Shown: one piece after another, positions 49,775-64,000 of the stretch
How the letters are laid out: every line of letters begins with the position of its first letter
How positions within the stretch are numbered: position 1 is the stretch's first letter
DNA from: Mobula hypostoma
Taxonomy: Eukaryota
Reading direction: 5' to 3'
NCBI RefSeq assembly: GCF_963921235.1
Contig: NC_086109.1
Span: 19,966,001 to 20,030,000 of the forward strand
Length of the DNA stretch: 64,000 nt
Program-made: the position numbers and the translations under genes
Notes under the pieces: generated by a model
What the model was told of the DNA's origin: nothing
What the model saw: the letters and a program-made list of their open reading frames with translations, nothing else
The model's database searches: none

Positions 49775-52700
49775 TATTCCTATTTTATTTGAAATTATTT
49801 CATTACCTATTCGTACAGTACAAAGGACGACAAATTCTTTCTCTTGTTGATTAAGACGACAAATGTTTCCCTTATGGATTAAAATAATCCCACCCATCAA
49901 CACTTTTACTGATAGAAATATTAAGTGTCAGAGACCTAAAGCTGTACTGGAGCCCAAAGTGATCAGATTCACCTCAGAGGTTGTTATGAGGGGTTATGGC
50001 TTAATGTCTCAACTTCAGGACCAATTTTTTTCCTCCTATTCCCACCCGCATAGAATGTGAAGTTACAAGAAAAAATGTAAACTTCAATGCTTTAACTTCA
50101 TTACATCTCAACATCAGAAATATTAACAAGGTGCCTGGTGAAATACTGCATTTCAACAAACTTCCATGAAACAGCTCCATTCCTTCAGTCACTGTCATCA
50201 AATTTTCACCTAGTTTCTCCAATGTTTATTTGGTTCATGCTCCAAGACGCCAGACCAACTTTTGGATATCAAAGCACTTGGGTCAGTAATAATTATCTTA
50301 ATTACCACACTGGTTTGTAAAAGGTAATACATATGACTAAGTAACAGCACCAGCTAGTTAACAAGCTTCAATAAATTGACATGACTGTTTGGCATCCACG
50401 TAGAACAAAGGAGTAATGGTTGGATCTGATTTAAAGTACAAGTCTCTGATAACCCAATTTTTTTGATTTTATAAAGAATTTAATTTGACTGCCATGGACC
50501 TGGTGTTAATTTATTAAACATGAACATGAAAGGTTTGGAAAGCCTACTTACAGTGAACAAAGTTTCACTACAACTCAATTAAAAAGTTGGCACAATGCCC
50601 CCTTACGACCCAATATCAAATTATATAGATAATTTTAAACAACCACCACCAAAAATACATTTATTGAACCTAGCTCATTGTTGGGAGGTAGTCTTGTCTC
50701 ATGAGCTAGTGATTCTACAACAGCCATTCAACTTTTTCACAAAGCACCCTTTCTAGATGATTGATTTACAAGTGGAAGCTTGATAAGCCAAGTCCCTCCA
50801 CTTAAATTTTCAATTGCATATTACAAGATAGAAATGCATCTTGGTTCAATGGAATTGGAATGACAGGTAGCTTTTGTCTGACACCAGTTTAAGAAAACAT
50901 TATGATCATTCTTCCAGTTCTAGTCCATAAAACAGATTGATTTCAGTTTCACTGTGTCATGGTGAGAAATGACCCAACTTCAGATATAACTGCCATAAAA
51001 CATTACATGTTTGTAATTCTCAAATAGCACTATTTTCAACTTTAAAAGCTTCTATCACCTTAAAAGAGACGGAGAGCTGAAAGTGGAACATTAAAAAAAG
51101 CCTTATTCTGAAAAATTTAAACATTTCAGTTGAAAGCCATAGTTAAAACAACATAGCTGCTACGCTATCAAATCACAAATTTAGATTTATTGGAGTGATC
51201 TGAAAAAGGTTTCTGACTATGAAATAATTGTTTTAAGGCCAGTTAGTACTGTAATGTCTAAGTGGAAGAAATATTCAGCTATTAGCCCTTCTACTTGTGC
51301 AAGATATCAGACCTAGAGCAAACCACCAGGTTACAAATTATAAAAGGAAGCCAGACCATCTAGTAGCATCCTTGGTACTAGACATTGATGCAACCAAGGC
51401 AGAGCCAGCCAGAAGTCCTATACGAAAGAAACCAGGGGCTTGTGCCATAACTGGCTCCACCCCAGAAAGATGTAGCTTAATATCACATGCAGCATCACCA
51501 GAAGGAAGAGTAGAGCTTCAAGTTGGAATGGAGTAATTCTGAAAGTCTACAAGACGGAACCCAGATACAAGTTTAAGCATCAGATCAATGAGGGCAAGAA
51601 AACACGTTTATTTTACTACCACTTAACAAAAGCACAATATCTATCTAGTAACTCTCTTAAGGATAAGGTTTTCAGACTGCACAGATGTCAAGAAACAATA
51701 AAGGGAAGAAAGCTACTTTAGCATCATCCTCAAGATGTAGGCTGATCCATCAGCAGTAGCTATTGGTGAAAGTTGTGACAACTTGGACAGATATGAATAA
51801 CCAAGTCCAAGACATTTCTTTATATTCAATGGCATTAACATTTTCAAGTACTTGATTCTGAAATACATTACAGAAGTAGCCGTTGAAGCAAAAAAAAATG
51901 CTATGCTAAGGCTTCAACAGCTTCTCCCAAATCAAGTGAGGACAGTGAAGAACTGGGAACACTAAAGTTAACCAGAACCCTGGCTTAACATTTTTTCATT
52001 GCAAGAATTACATCCTAATCACAACAGTACATAATCTCCAGCAACTGAAGATTCATTAAAACTTTGGGCTGGGCAACACATGCCCCGATTGAATTAAAAA
52101 TGATCAAGTTTAACATCTACTCAAGAGATTTTGGTGCTCTATCAACGTTGGTCAGCCCACAATCAGGGCACCAACCAGCTACCATAGTTAAACAAAGTAT
52201 TCCAAAAAGCAATGAAGTCCACCTGCAGTGTTTCACTTTACAACCAAATGTGAATTTCCAGTAAGTTTACAAGCCACTTAATTATCCAAATCCTTTCACT
52301 TCAGAATCCAGCTATTGAAGACATATATACATATCCTGATGTGCAGAGCTTGCACCTTGGCATTAGACAGGAAGCAAACTGCAGGAAATAGTTGTACTCC
52401 TCAGATTAGCACTACAAATTATATAAATATAAAGATAACACTTTGCAGAGCAAGTGATCAGATTTCAATTTCTGCTGCCATCTACAAGCGGTTTGGAAAT
52501 TCTCTGTGAATTTCCTCGCAGTTCTCTTGATTCTGGACAGTAGCAACACATCTTCAGACTGTTGGTCATTAAGGCAAAATGACATTTCACTATACTTTTG
52601 ATCTGTATGTGACAAAGCCTACATAGATTTCAAATATTACATAGATTTAACACAGATAAACAATTAAATAGCATGATGGCAAGTAGCACAGTAAAATCAG

Positions 52701-53259
52701 TGTTTTCACTTTAAAAGTTTGCAGGAATATTGAGTGCTGTAATGCTGAAAAAAATCTATTACAGTGGACATCCATACTAGCTGTGGCAAGGAAAGAAACT
52801 CAAGGCAAGCCAAAGCACACTTGCTTTCAAGAACGTATATTAGCAATATCTTAAGACTTTCCTTTACAATTTTGAGGTTCTTCAATGCTAAAGATTTAAA
52901 TGATATCTGCTCAATATTTTTAGATACTCCACTTAAAACAAAAGTCTGTGGCTCTTGGACAAGGCATCTTAAAATCCTTTAAAATTTTTGGCTCACTGGT
53001 AGATCTCAAGTTCAGTTGTACTCAATGATTACTCAGGGAATATAACTGGGTGTGGGTCTACTTAGCCCTTTCAAACCGCCAACAATCTGTTCTTGCATTG
53101 CAAAAGTCTTTTTTTTAAAACAATGAAGCCAGTTTATGACTTTGTTTCAATATAAATACAGCCCTTTAAAAAAATTTTACTGTACTCACATCCTGAAGGA
53201 AAACTGCTTCTTACCATTTTAGCACAAGTTTTTATAGTACATTTCTTCTCAGCTGGCAA

Positions 53260-54345
53260 TGCTTTTTTTCAAGGATCTGTGCTGGGTTCTTTGTTGCTTG
53301 TTATCTACATCAATGATCTGGATGATAATGTGGTTAAATTTGTCGATGACATGAAAACTGGAGTGTAGTGGACAGCGCAGACCATCATGGCTTGCAGCAG
53401 AATCTGGGCCAGTTGGAAAAAATGGCAGATGGAATTTAATGCAGACAAGTGTGAGGTGTTGCATTTCAGTAGGACCAACCAGGGTAGGTCTTACGCAGTG
53501 AATGGTAGGGCACTGAGGAGTGAAGTAGAACAAAGGGATCTGGGAATACAGGTCATAATTCATTGAAAGTGGTGTCACAGGTCATAATATTTTTGGCATA
53601 TTGGCCTTCATAAATCAAAGTATTGAGAGTACAGGAGATGGAATATTATGGTGAAGTTGTAGAAGACATTGGTGAGGCCTAATTTGGAGTACTGTATGCA
53701 GTTTTGGTCACCTACTTACAGGAAAGATACAAATAAGGTTGCAAAAGTGCCGAGAAAATTTACAAGGATGTTGCCGGGTTTGGAGGACCAGAGTCAAAAG
53801 ACTGAATAGGTTAGAATTTTATTCCTTGGAATTTAGAAGATTAAGAGATTTGATAGGGGTATACAAAATTATAAGTGCTTTAAAAAGGGTAAACGTAAGC
53901 AAGCTTTTTTCACTGACATTGAGTCAAGTGTGAAAGGTGAAGCAACATACATCAAAGTTGCTGGTGAACGCAGCAGGCCAAGCAGCATCTATAGGAAGAG
54001 GCGCAGTCGACGTTTCAGGCCCAGACCCGTCTCGGCCTGAAACGTCGACTGCGCCTCTTCCTATAGATGCTGCTTGGCCTGCTGCGTTCACCAGCAACTT
54101 TGATGTATGTTGCTTGAATTTCCAGCATCTGCAGAATTCCTGTTGTTTAAGTGTGAAAGGTGAATGGTTTAAGGGGAATACAAGGGAAAACTTCTCAACT
54201 TAGATAAGCCAGAATTCTAGCACTGAAAGAGTGCTGAGGGCCATGACAGAGTGGAACAAGCTGCCAGCACAAGTGGTGCATGCAAGCTGAACTTCAACAT
54301 TTAAGGGAAGTTTAGATTGGTACAGAGATGGTAGAGGCATGACTA
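53260..54345 (+). mobile_element. CR1 LINE 3' fragment hosting the hairpin insertion
   Basis: aaatggcagatggaatttaatgcagacaagtgtgaggtgttgca and ttggtgaggcctaatttggagtactgt, homologous to 9343-10106. Confidence 0.85.
53942..54148. mobile_element. Penelope-terminus-derived hairpin insertion: perfect 82-bp inverted repeat, 16-bp TSD
   Basis: Arms 53940-54021 and 54034-54115 are exact reverse complements; TSD aagtgtgaaaggtgaa at 53926-53941 and 54149-54164. Confidence 0.9.
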
Positions 54346-54384
54346 CTGACTGGGACTGCCACACTGTAAACAAAGGCCGAATGG

Positions 54385-54915
54385 GATAGTTTGTCAAATG
54401 CATACAGGAAAGCTTCTTTAATCAGTACTGAGATCCCAACTAGAGTGCCATACTTCATCTACTATTACGCAATGAGGCAGGGCAGGTGACTGAAGTTTGT
54501 GTTGGGGAACATAATGTCATTAGATTCAAGATAATTATGGAGAAGGATAGGTCTGGTCCTCAGGTTGAGATTCTAAATTGGAGAAAAGCCCATATTGATG
54601 GCATCAAAGATAGCATCTGGCAACTGTGGATTGGGACAGTTTGTTTTCAGGCAAAGGTGAACTTGGTAAGTGAGAGGCTTTCAAAAGTGAAATTTGAGTA
54701 TAAAGTTAGTATGTTCCTGTAAGAATAAAAGGATAACAGGTTTAGGAAACCTTGGGTTTCTGTTTAAAAAAAGTGCATAACAGGTATTGGCAGTAAGGTG
54801 CAACTGAGGCACTTGGGTATAAGAAATGCAAAAGAACACTTAACAAGGAAATCAGGAGGGCTAAAAGGTGGCATGAGGTTGCTCCAGTAGAGAAGGTGAG
54901 GAAGAATTCCAAGGA
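54385..54915 (+). mobile_element. CR1 LINE internal fragment (endonuclease/linker)
   Basis: ORF 54486-54722 HNVIRFKIIMEKDRSGPQVEILNWRKA. Confidence 0.7.
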
Positions 54916-55899
54916 CAAACAACATGCGTCCTATGATACTCACTACCAAATATCTTAGTGTTCCGAATGTATTTTTAAGAACAGGAGTAAAAATGGAACT
55001 GGCATTAAAAGGTCTTCAAAATCACTACAAGTAGAGAGCAGCATTACTGACAGCACTGCAGTACTGGAAATCTGGCACAAACCTCAGCCTTCTGCACTGC
55101 TGTGTCAAGGCAAGAACCCAACTTAAGGGAACAGTTTGAGGAAGGCGCCCTGACCCACAACGCAACTCCTCATTCCACAAATAAATAACGCCTGCGATCT
55201 TACAGTATTTTCCATTTGTTTTCAATACAGATCCTGTCGTTTTCAATCCACTCTTCCCTCAGGATTCATTTCAGTCATATCCCACTGGATGCAATGGAAG
55301 CTGCAGCACCACTGCCCCCCCCCCCCGCTTGATTGCAGAAAACAAATTATTCCAACACATATCAGTTGCTTAAAAGGCTACATACTTAGAACTACAGAAT
55401 CTTACTGTATGCCCACATTTGGTGCTATAGTGCAGCATCTTACTGTATATGGAATGCATGGGAACTCTGCTACAAAATATGGCTTACAATATAAATAGCA
55501 GCCTCAAAACCCACATCAGCACTTTACTGGTGACATGGTAAAATTAAAATTTACTATCCCATGTGTGAACTATATATTCAACCAACTCCTTAACGTATTT
55601 CATGTCGATACAAAATACAACCTTTAAATTACAGAACTTCCAAAACTGCCATATTATATTCTCCAATAAGTTCCAACTTCTTCCCCTTTACATCGCAAGG
55701 TTTCCCTTAAAGTACATGTCAACACTTTCTTGAAAATTACTAACAATTCACCCTGTCAGACCATTCCAGATTATTTGTTCAGTGAAGTAATTCAACATCC
55801 ACATGCCAACTCCCCAATGTTTATCTGGGTCTTAGCCTTCAATTAACAGCTTTTCCACACCTGGATGAAGTTCGCAATTTGGAACTCATTAAATATCTC

Positions 55900-56860
55900 A
55901 ATGCTTTCTAACGAATAACAGTGTTTCTGGTTTCTCCATATGATTCAATTTCCTTTCCCCACAGTACTACCCTGAAGAATGTCCTATGCATCCACTCCAA
56001 GGCATTGACATCCTTTCCGAACTGCAGATATTGGTGTTCATGACTCAAGAACTTTGCAACAGACACTCGAGCTACTATCCAAAACACCAATCTTCACAAT
56101 GTCTGCAAATTTACTAACCCACCCATTTACATTTTCATCCTGATTATTTTTATAACAAACACCAGAGGTCCCAGTATGGATCCATGCAGAACATCACTAA
56201 TCACAGACCAAGTCCCATCAACAACTCCCATCACCTATGGGCAAATAAATTCTGATTTCAAATGACCAATTCACTGTGGATCAAATGCATCTGATCTTCT
56301 GGATAAGACTCTCATGAGACCTTGTCGAATACCTTATTAAAATCCACGTAGACAACAGCTCAACATTTTTCACCTCTCAAAAAACTCAAGTTTGTAAGGC
56401 ATGACTTGCCCCACAAAGCCATACTGATTGTCCCCAATTAGGCCACGATTTTCTAATGCTCAAATTTTATCCGAGGCCCCATGTGCCACCTAGGCACTAA
56501 GGGTTCAGACGACGAAATTTTATTCCCAAGAATCCTCTCCAGTAACTTCCCTGCCACTTGTGAGAGACCCAGATCTAGTTTCCAAGGTTATCCTCACTTC
56601 CCTTTCTTAAAGGGAGAACATTAGCTCATCCCTTGCCCCTCTCACCTGCAGTACATCTCATTATGTCTTTGGGACTTAATTATCTTCATGTTCGGTAAGG
56701 GAGCCCAGACTACTATTATCTCAATGTTCAAGTAAATTAGTACACCCCACACTGACCTACCTATCCATCATGTTCTTGGTATTAACTGATACAAGGTACT
56801 CACTTCGGACCTCATCCACATCCTCTGCCTCCAAGCATACTCCCTCCTTTATCCTTGACT
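55900..56860 (-). mobile_element. Highly decayed CR1 LINE
   Basis: gtctgcaaatttactaacc (KFAD antisense), ccttgtcgaataccttattaaaatcc (DF.KVFDKV antisense). Confidence 0.6.
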
Positions 56861-56889
56861 GATTCTATTTGCTCCTTATTTTGTGTGCA

Positions 56890-57130
56890 TTTATGCATTT
56901 AGAGATACAGCATGGAACTGGCCCAGCAACCCACTTATTTAAAACTAGCCTAATCACTGAATAATTTACGATGACCGATTAACCTAAGAGGTACATCTTT
57001 AGACCAAGGGAGGAAACCCATGGGTACATGGGGAGAACATACAAACTCCTTACAGATAGCACTGGAATTGAACTCTGAACTGCCCCAAGCTGTAATAGCA
57101 TCGTGCTAACCACTGCGCTACCATGGCGCC
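56890..57130 (-). mobile_element. tRNA-derived SINE
   Basis: Same family as 26450-26650 and 30170-30455 (ggaattgaactc..gctgtaatagcatcgtgctaaccactgcgctacc). Confidence 0.75.
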
Positions 57131-58149
57131 CTCATTATCCTCTTGATCTATTGAATGCCTCAGGATTCTCTTAAAGCCTATTTGCCAAGGACATTTCATG
57201 GCAACTCCTGGCTATCTCAATACCTTCCACTTTTTTTCTTGCCTTAAGCAGTTTTAAATTTATTAAATTATCCAATAGAAAAATTACCAACTTAGTCAAG
57301 GATGTCTGAAGACTTGGTGACATGAGTTAATTATGTCCATCGCCCCTACTGGGGCACAAGGACAGGCCCAAGACTTGGCTGCAAAAGGAGGGTTGGGCAT
57401 AGAGCTCACAACCCCATCCCGTCAAAAACCTAGGGCTACAGAAATGCCAGCAGAAACTTCAAAGACCTCATCCCTGGGACAGGAAGGATCCACCAAGATG
57501 GCTATACCTGGGGACAACTGCAAAGACTGGTCTTGGACTGAGGACTCTGGTGAACTGCTATTATCATAACTAATATCACCAAGGAATCAGACATTTAGTA
57601 TGTTCGTGTTGCACAGTTCCTAGTGTAAGCTTGCTTAACTTATTTACTCTAAACCTTCAATTTTAAACTTACTTCCATACTCCCCCTCCAAACACCCCTA
57701 TTTCCAAGTAGAACAATTCAACTTTGAGTCCTTGATAATTGAAGCCTACAGCTGGTACCATTATAGGAAATCCCCTTATCCTCTCCCATGGCCTCAGCAT
57801 CCTTCTAAAAAGGATCTCACCCAGAATTGCACAATACTTCAGCTGAGCTTCAAGGCTTAACAAAACTTCCTTGCTTTTGTACTCTATTTGTAAAGCTGCA
57901 AATCCTGTTGGCATTATTTTAAGATGAAATAACCTGGACATCCTGTTCACTGCTCAAATTCGTGTCTAGGTAAACCCAAGTATTAGCTCACACTGCCTTT
58001 TCTTTTGTATTTATGAACATATAAATTTCTGCCTCCACTTCAATCTTAAGATATGAGATAATTAATGTTTTTAATATAAATACTTGACCTGATAAATACT
58101 TGAGCTTCTTTGGCTCATGGGATTCCAGCTTTCTTATCAAATCTATATC

Positions 58150-59685
58150 AAATAACACTTGTCCAACTAAAAATTCACAGTGAACGCTTATGCTCACAGC
58201 GAACACTCGCTACCAGCATTAAACCCATTGTATTGTCTTCAAGCACAATTTTTTCCCATGGGTACCTGCATTGGCCTCAGCCTTTTCATTGGCCATGCAG
58301 AACATTCCATGTTCCAAAAGCCTTCCTCGATAATGCTACCCAACTCTTCCTCAGCTACACTCATGTCTGCATTGGTCCTGTTTCACGCACCCATGCTGAA
58401 CTCGTAAATTTCAACATTGCCTCCAACTTCCACCCTGCTGTTAAAATTTACTTGGTCCATTTCTGATGCCTCTGCCCGTTCCTTGATCTCTGGAGACGAA
58501 CTGTTAAATGCCATCTTTTATAAATTTACCAATTCCTACTGGTATCTTGACCATCTTTTCCCATCGTATCCTGAAAAATCAAAACGCTATTCCCTTTTCT
58601 CACCATCTCCACCGCATCAGTTCACAGGATGCGGCTTTTTGCTAGAGCATCAGGGATGTCCTCTTTCTTCAAAGAATGGGGTTTTTCTTTCTTCACCACT
58701 GATGCTGCCTTCATCCACATTTCCTCTATTTCCCGAGCATCTGCATTCACTCCAGCTTTCTGCCGCATTAACAAGAGTTCCTTTTGTCCTTACCTACCAC
58801 CCCAGGAGCCTCCGTATCCAACACATTCTCCGCAATTTCCACCACCTCCAAAGAGATCCTACCACTAAATACATCTCAACTCCAACACCCCTCTTTTTGC
58901 AGGGATCACTCCCCCCATTAATCTCTTGCACACCTGTCCCTTCCCCACTAATCTCCCTCCCAGCACTTATCCCTGCAAGCAGCCAAATTGCTACACCTGT
59001 CCATTCACCTCCGTTCAGGGTCCCAAACAGTCCTTCCAGGTGAGGTAACACTTCACCTGCAAATCTGCCGGGGTTGTTAATTGTGTCCGGTGCTTTCAAT
59101 CTGGTCGCCTCTACATTAGTGAGAGGAGTTGGAAATTGTAGAATGCTTTCTCAAGCAACTCCACATTATCCAAAAAGCGAAATTTCCCAATGGCCAAACA
59201 TTTTAGCTCTGATTTCCATTCCGACCTGTCGGCCCATGGCTTCCTCTTGTGCCATGATGAGGCCACCAAGGTGGAGGAGCAACACCTTATATTCCATCTG
59301 GAAAGCCTCCAACCTGACGGCATGAACATCTTTCCAGTAATAAAAAAATTCCCCCCTCTCCCTTTCTATTCCCCACTCTGGTGCATCTCTTATCACCTCC
59401 CATTGAATTGTCTCCTTCCCGTTCTCCCATGGTCCACTATCAGATGCTGATTCCTCTGCAGTCCTTTACCTTTCCTACCCACCTGGCTTCATCCATTACT
59501 TTCTAGCTATCCCCCTTCCCCTCTCCCCACCTTTATATTCTGGCATACTTCTGTTTCCTTTCCGGTCTTGAAGGCTCATGGCTTAAAACCTCGATTGTTC
59601 ATTCATTTGACAAATGCTGCCTGACCTACTGAGTTCTTCCAGCATTGTGTGTATTGCTTCATATTTTCAGCATCTGCAGAATCTA
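58150..59685 (+). mobile_element. Penelope-like element (decayed RT and GIY-YIG)
   Basis: KFTWSISD, RVPFVLTYHP.SLRIQHILRNF.HLQRDPTTKYI, EEQHLIFHLESLQPDGMNI; terminus cagcatctgcagaat. Confidence 0.85.
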
Positions 59686-60313
59686 TGTTATGATGTGGCT
59701 GTGTCCAGTTCAGTTTCATGGAAATCTTTAATCACTCTACAAGATTAAAGGGTGGAGGCAGGAAGCAGCAGACACGTGAATACGATGAAAGGATGCCCTT
59801 TTGTCAGGGTGGATGTGCCTGTTATGATTGAGGCACCACAAACACAACAGGAAATCTTTTGGTTTCTGCTCTGCTGAAATCTTGCAACTTTGTACGTAGA
59901 CAGTGATGCAAAACAAGCTCAGCATTGAAATATTTCTGGGATCCATACATGGAAAGCTTGCAGCATCAAATAGAAGAGCAAGAATTATGCAAAGTGATAT
60001 GACTATTTGGTATTTTAGAACTGCTATACAATTCTGGTCCAAAAGATGACATTGAGAAGTTTGAAATGGATTTTTATTTAGCAGAGGTTGTATACAGATA
60101 GAGCAGAATTTGGTTTATGGCCAAATAATCTAGTTGCATTACAATATGCATATCTTTTCCAGCTGGATATTCTATTCTGCTCTTTCTCCCCCTTCCCACA
60201 GAGCCAAATCCAAGTTTTAAACAGGCCAGGTTATTAACACCCAAATTACTGACACCCCTACATACAAATGAACTCCCATAACATGATTAAATTCAGAAGC
60301 TTAAACACACATA

Positions 60314-61908
60314 CAGTGCCTATAAAAAGTAGTCACCCCCTTGGAAGTATTCATGTTTTATTGTTTAACAACATTGGAATCACAGTAGATTTAATTTGTT
60401 TTTTTTACACCAAACAGAAAAAGACTTTCATGACAAAGTGAAAACAGATCTCTACAAAGTGATGTAAATTAATTTTAAATACAAAACAAAATAATTGATT
60501 GCACAAGTATTCACCCCCCTTCAAGTCAGTATTTAGTAGATATACCTTTGGCAGCAATTACAGCCACGAGTCTGTGTGGATTGGACTCTGTCAGCTTTGC
60601 ACATCTGGGCACTGCAATTTCCCCCCCACCCCCCATTCTTCTTTAGAAAACTGTTCAAGCTCTGTAAAATTGCATGGGAATCGTGGGTGACCAGCCCTTT
60701 TCAAGTCCAGCCATAAATTCTCAATTAGATTGAAGTCTGGACTCTAACTTGACTACTCCAAACAATAACTGTATTGTTTTTAAACCATTCCTGTGTAGCT
60801 TTGGCTTTATGCTTGGGGGTCATTGTCTTGCTGGAAAAGAAATCTTCTCCCAAGTCGCAGTTCTCTTGCAGATTGCATTAAGGTTTTCCTGTATTCCGCT
60901 GCATTCATTTTACCCTCTACATTCCCAAGCTTTCCTGGGCCTGCTGCAGTGAAGCATCCCCACAGCATGATGCATACTTCACGATAGGGATGGTGTGCGG
61001 TTTTTGGCTTACGCCAAACATGGCGTTTAGCATGATAGCCAAAAAGCTCAATTTTAGTTTCATCAGACCATAGAACCTTCTTCTAGCTGACTTGAGTCTC
61101 CCACATACCTTCTGGCAAACAAGCCAAGATTTCATGTGAGTTTCCTCCCACCCCCCACCCCACCAACAGTGGCTTTCTCTTTGCCACTCTGCCATAAAGC
61201 TGCAACAGTTGTATGCGCAGTCTCTCTTATCTCAGCCACTGAAGCTTTAACTCCTCTTAGTTGTTTCCCCTCACTAGTCCCCTTCTGGCATGGTCGCTCA
61301 GTTTTTGAGGACTGTCTGCTCTAGGCAGATTCACAGCTGTGCCATATTCTTTCCATTTCTTGATGACTGACTTAACTACACTTCAAAGGATATTCAATGA
61401 CTTAGGGAAATTTTCTTGTATCCATCTCCTGACTTGTGCTTTTCAGCAACTTTTTTTGCAGAGTTTCTTGGAGTGTTTTTTGTCTTCATAGTGTAGTCTT
61501 AGCCAAGATACTGACTCACCAGCAGTGGACCTTCCAGATACAAGTGCATTTTTACTATAATCAATTGAAACACCTTGACTGCACATGTGATCTCCATTTA
61601 ACTAGTTATGTGACTTCTAAAACCAATTGGCTACACCAGTGATGATTTTGTGTGCCATATTAAAGGGTGGGGGGGGGCAGGGAGTGAATACTTCTGCAAT
61701 TATTTTGTGTTTTATATTTATAATTAATTTAGATCACTTTGCAAGGATCCGTTAACTTTGACACAAATGAGTCTTTTTGTTGATCAGTGTCATAAAAAAA
61801 GCCAAATTAAATCCACTGTGGTTCAGTGTTGTAAAACAATTAAATATGAAAATTTCTGGGGGGGGGGGAAGAGGGGGGAGTGTGATGAATAATTTTATAT
61901 AAGCTTTG
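60314..61908 (-). mobile_element. Tc1-like DNA transposon with long TIRs, decayed transposase
   Basis: TA-cagtgcctataaaaagtagtcacccc start, inner repeat aagtattcacccc at about 60505, mirrored at 61680-61908; minus-strand KVLWSDETKIELFGYHAKRHVWRK. Confidence 0.85.
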
Positions 61909-63255
61909 TACATATCCTGTTCTCATTAGTTTCCCTTTCCTTCATTAGTCTTCTCTGCTTTTGATGCCATTCATTACGATACTGTAGAGATATGTTTCTA
62001 TGCATGATTTTTACCCATTTGCCAACTTGGACTAATTTGGCTTATGGACAGCTATAAAACTGGAAATCATCCGTTACACAGGACAGCCTATACTTGTTCG
62101 CATTACCATGCCTTCAGCTTATTATAGTCATACACTTTTGGCAGAACTTTGCAGAATAGTAATTTCAATAATGTATCATTTCAAGTAAAGCTTAGATATT
62201 GAGGATGAAAGGAAACATCATGAAGGGAATACATTTGCAGTGTGTTTTTATTTTAGAAAGGTTCCTGCCAAATTTGAATACTCAGCGATGGTGCAAAGAT
62301 CCATGACATCTGCTTATATTATTTTCTGTTAGGATAGCAGTGGATGTTATACTCACTTTAAATCTTCTATATTAAATGCTTTCAACTTCATTATATTAGA
62401 ATATGTTATTAAAGACATCCAATTACTAAACTTAAACAGCTAAGAGACTAAGCAATTGTCTAAAACCCATTAAGAATGTGCAAATTTTGAAGCTTGTCAG
62501 AAAGGTCAAAAGCTGACAATTTGAAAACACGCCCAGAAAATGAAGTTGAGTGAGGAAATAATGTACACAGAAGCACAACACAAATAATATAGATATACTT
62601 TGTCAATCTGAATCAGCATTAAAATAGCAAAAGCTTGAATTAACTTTTCAGTACATGATAAGTTTAACAGCAAAGTCTTAATATTTCCATAGGTACAAAG
62701 GAAGTGGCAGATGTATTGGCAAGATCAGAACACTATTTAGATTGGAATTAAATTGTATAGGCAAGGTAATTGGAATTATAGGGATTTGAAGCCAAAATGT
62801 AGAATTAGCTCAAAGATGATTATGGAAAGTTGATCCAATCTGAATTGCCACTTCCCACCAGGCATTTACTCACAATCCCTATTAGTCTTGCAATGCTAGC
62901 AGAGATGGAGATATCACATTTGATTCCCCTCAGCCAGTGATACCAATTTTCTAATAGCTAACCCCCCTAGCATCAATCCCTCACAATACCTCATTAGACA
63001 AAGCTTGTTATACAGAATCAACTAATCCTCACTTAGCTTCTGTCTGGTAACCTATTCTCAATCCTTTACAGTTTATTAACCCCAATTTCACATGCTGTAT
63101 TTTTTCTGAAAATTTACACACACACTTATTGGCACCCCTTCAGATATTCCAAGTGGTCACAAGAGAACTCCAGAGATCATTCACATGATCTTTCATTAAC
63201 GTTTTATTTTACATATTAAAGCTACCAGAAGCTCGAGTTGGAATACTTAATTTCA

Positions 63256-63441
<186 letters not shown>

Positions 63442-64000
63442 TCAGTTTGATGATCTGCACAAGATTTCTGTAGTACCCTATATAATTCATCAGCAGCACC
63501 CAAGTGTTAATACAAGTTAAAGGAAATAGGAAATGCTTTAATTTCCCATTCAGTTGCTGTGCATCACTGGATACAACCATCTTTACCAGCTACTGGTCCT
63601 GCAGGAGGATTTCATGTGCTCTCACAAAACACACATTATAAAATTTGAGGGAAACAGAGGGATCATTCTCATCTATTAGATGGGTGGATGTCAACCTCCA
63701 TATTTGGGATCAGAACTCCATTCTCCATCTCTCAGGTCAGTGGTCTTGAATCTTCTATCAACTGAGAGATAGAACTACTTTGGAGAGCAAAATAAGTGGA
63801 ATCTTTTGACAACTGAATAGAATTCAGGTCACAAATGAAATAAAACTACATCATTTGCCAATCCTGTACATTGGTCACAAACTATGGTTAGAACTTAAAG
63901 CAGAGTTACAAGTTCACATCCTCAACCATCGTATCACATTTGCACTTTTAGTTTTTCCATGTAGTATAGTCCCAACAATGCCATCTGTGCACATTCCTTC

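Overview
AT-rich, repeat-dense vertebrate genomic DNA. The repeat repertoire (CR1, Rex1/Babar, L1, Penelope-like elements, tRNA-derived SINEs) suggests a cartilaginous fish such as a ray or shark; this is inference, not a search result. The only host gene I can support is the 3' part of RAP1A on the minus strand. It has three phase-0 coding exons (63277-63417, 47846-47989, 45694-45780) encoding residues 62-184 and ending in CAAX box CLLL, an intron 29 nt after the stop codon, and a non-coding terminal exon of about 1.6 kb (about 43200-44822) with AATAAA. The rest is intron and downstream intergenic DNA filled with decayed transposons: a 4.7-kb 5'-truncated L1, three shorter L1 pieces, three Penelope-like elements, CR1 and Rex1 fragments, SINEs, and Tc1, Tigger, hAT and Chapaev-like DNA transposons. 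Most ORFs in the track are transposon debris or chance. I found no convincing new biological system. The best leads are a perfect 82-bp hairpin insertion with a 16-bp TSD, hammerhead-ribozyme relics at Penelope ends, a Ginger-like MITE, four of four L1 copies nested in Rex1/Babar LINEs, and the conserved RAP1A 3'UTR architecture. Repeat boundaries without TSDs are approximate.
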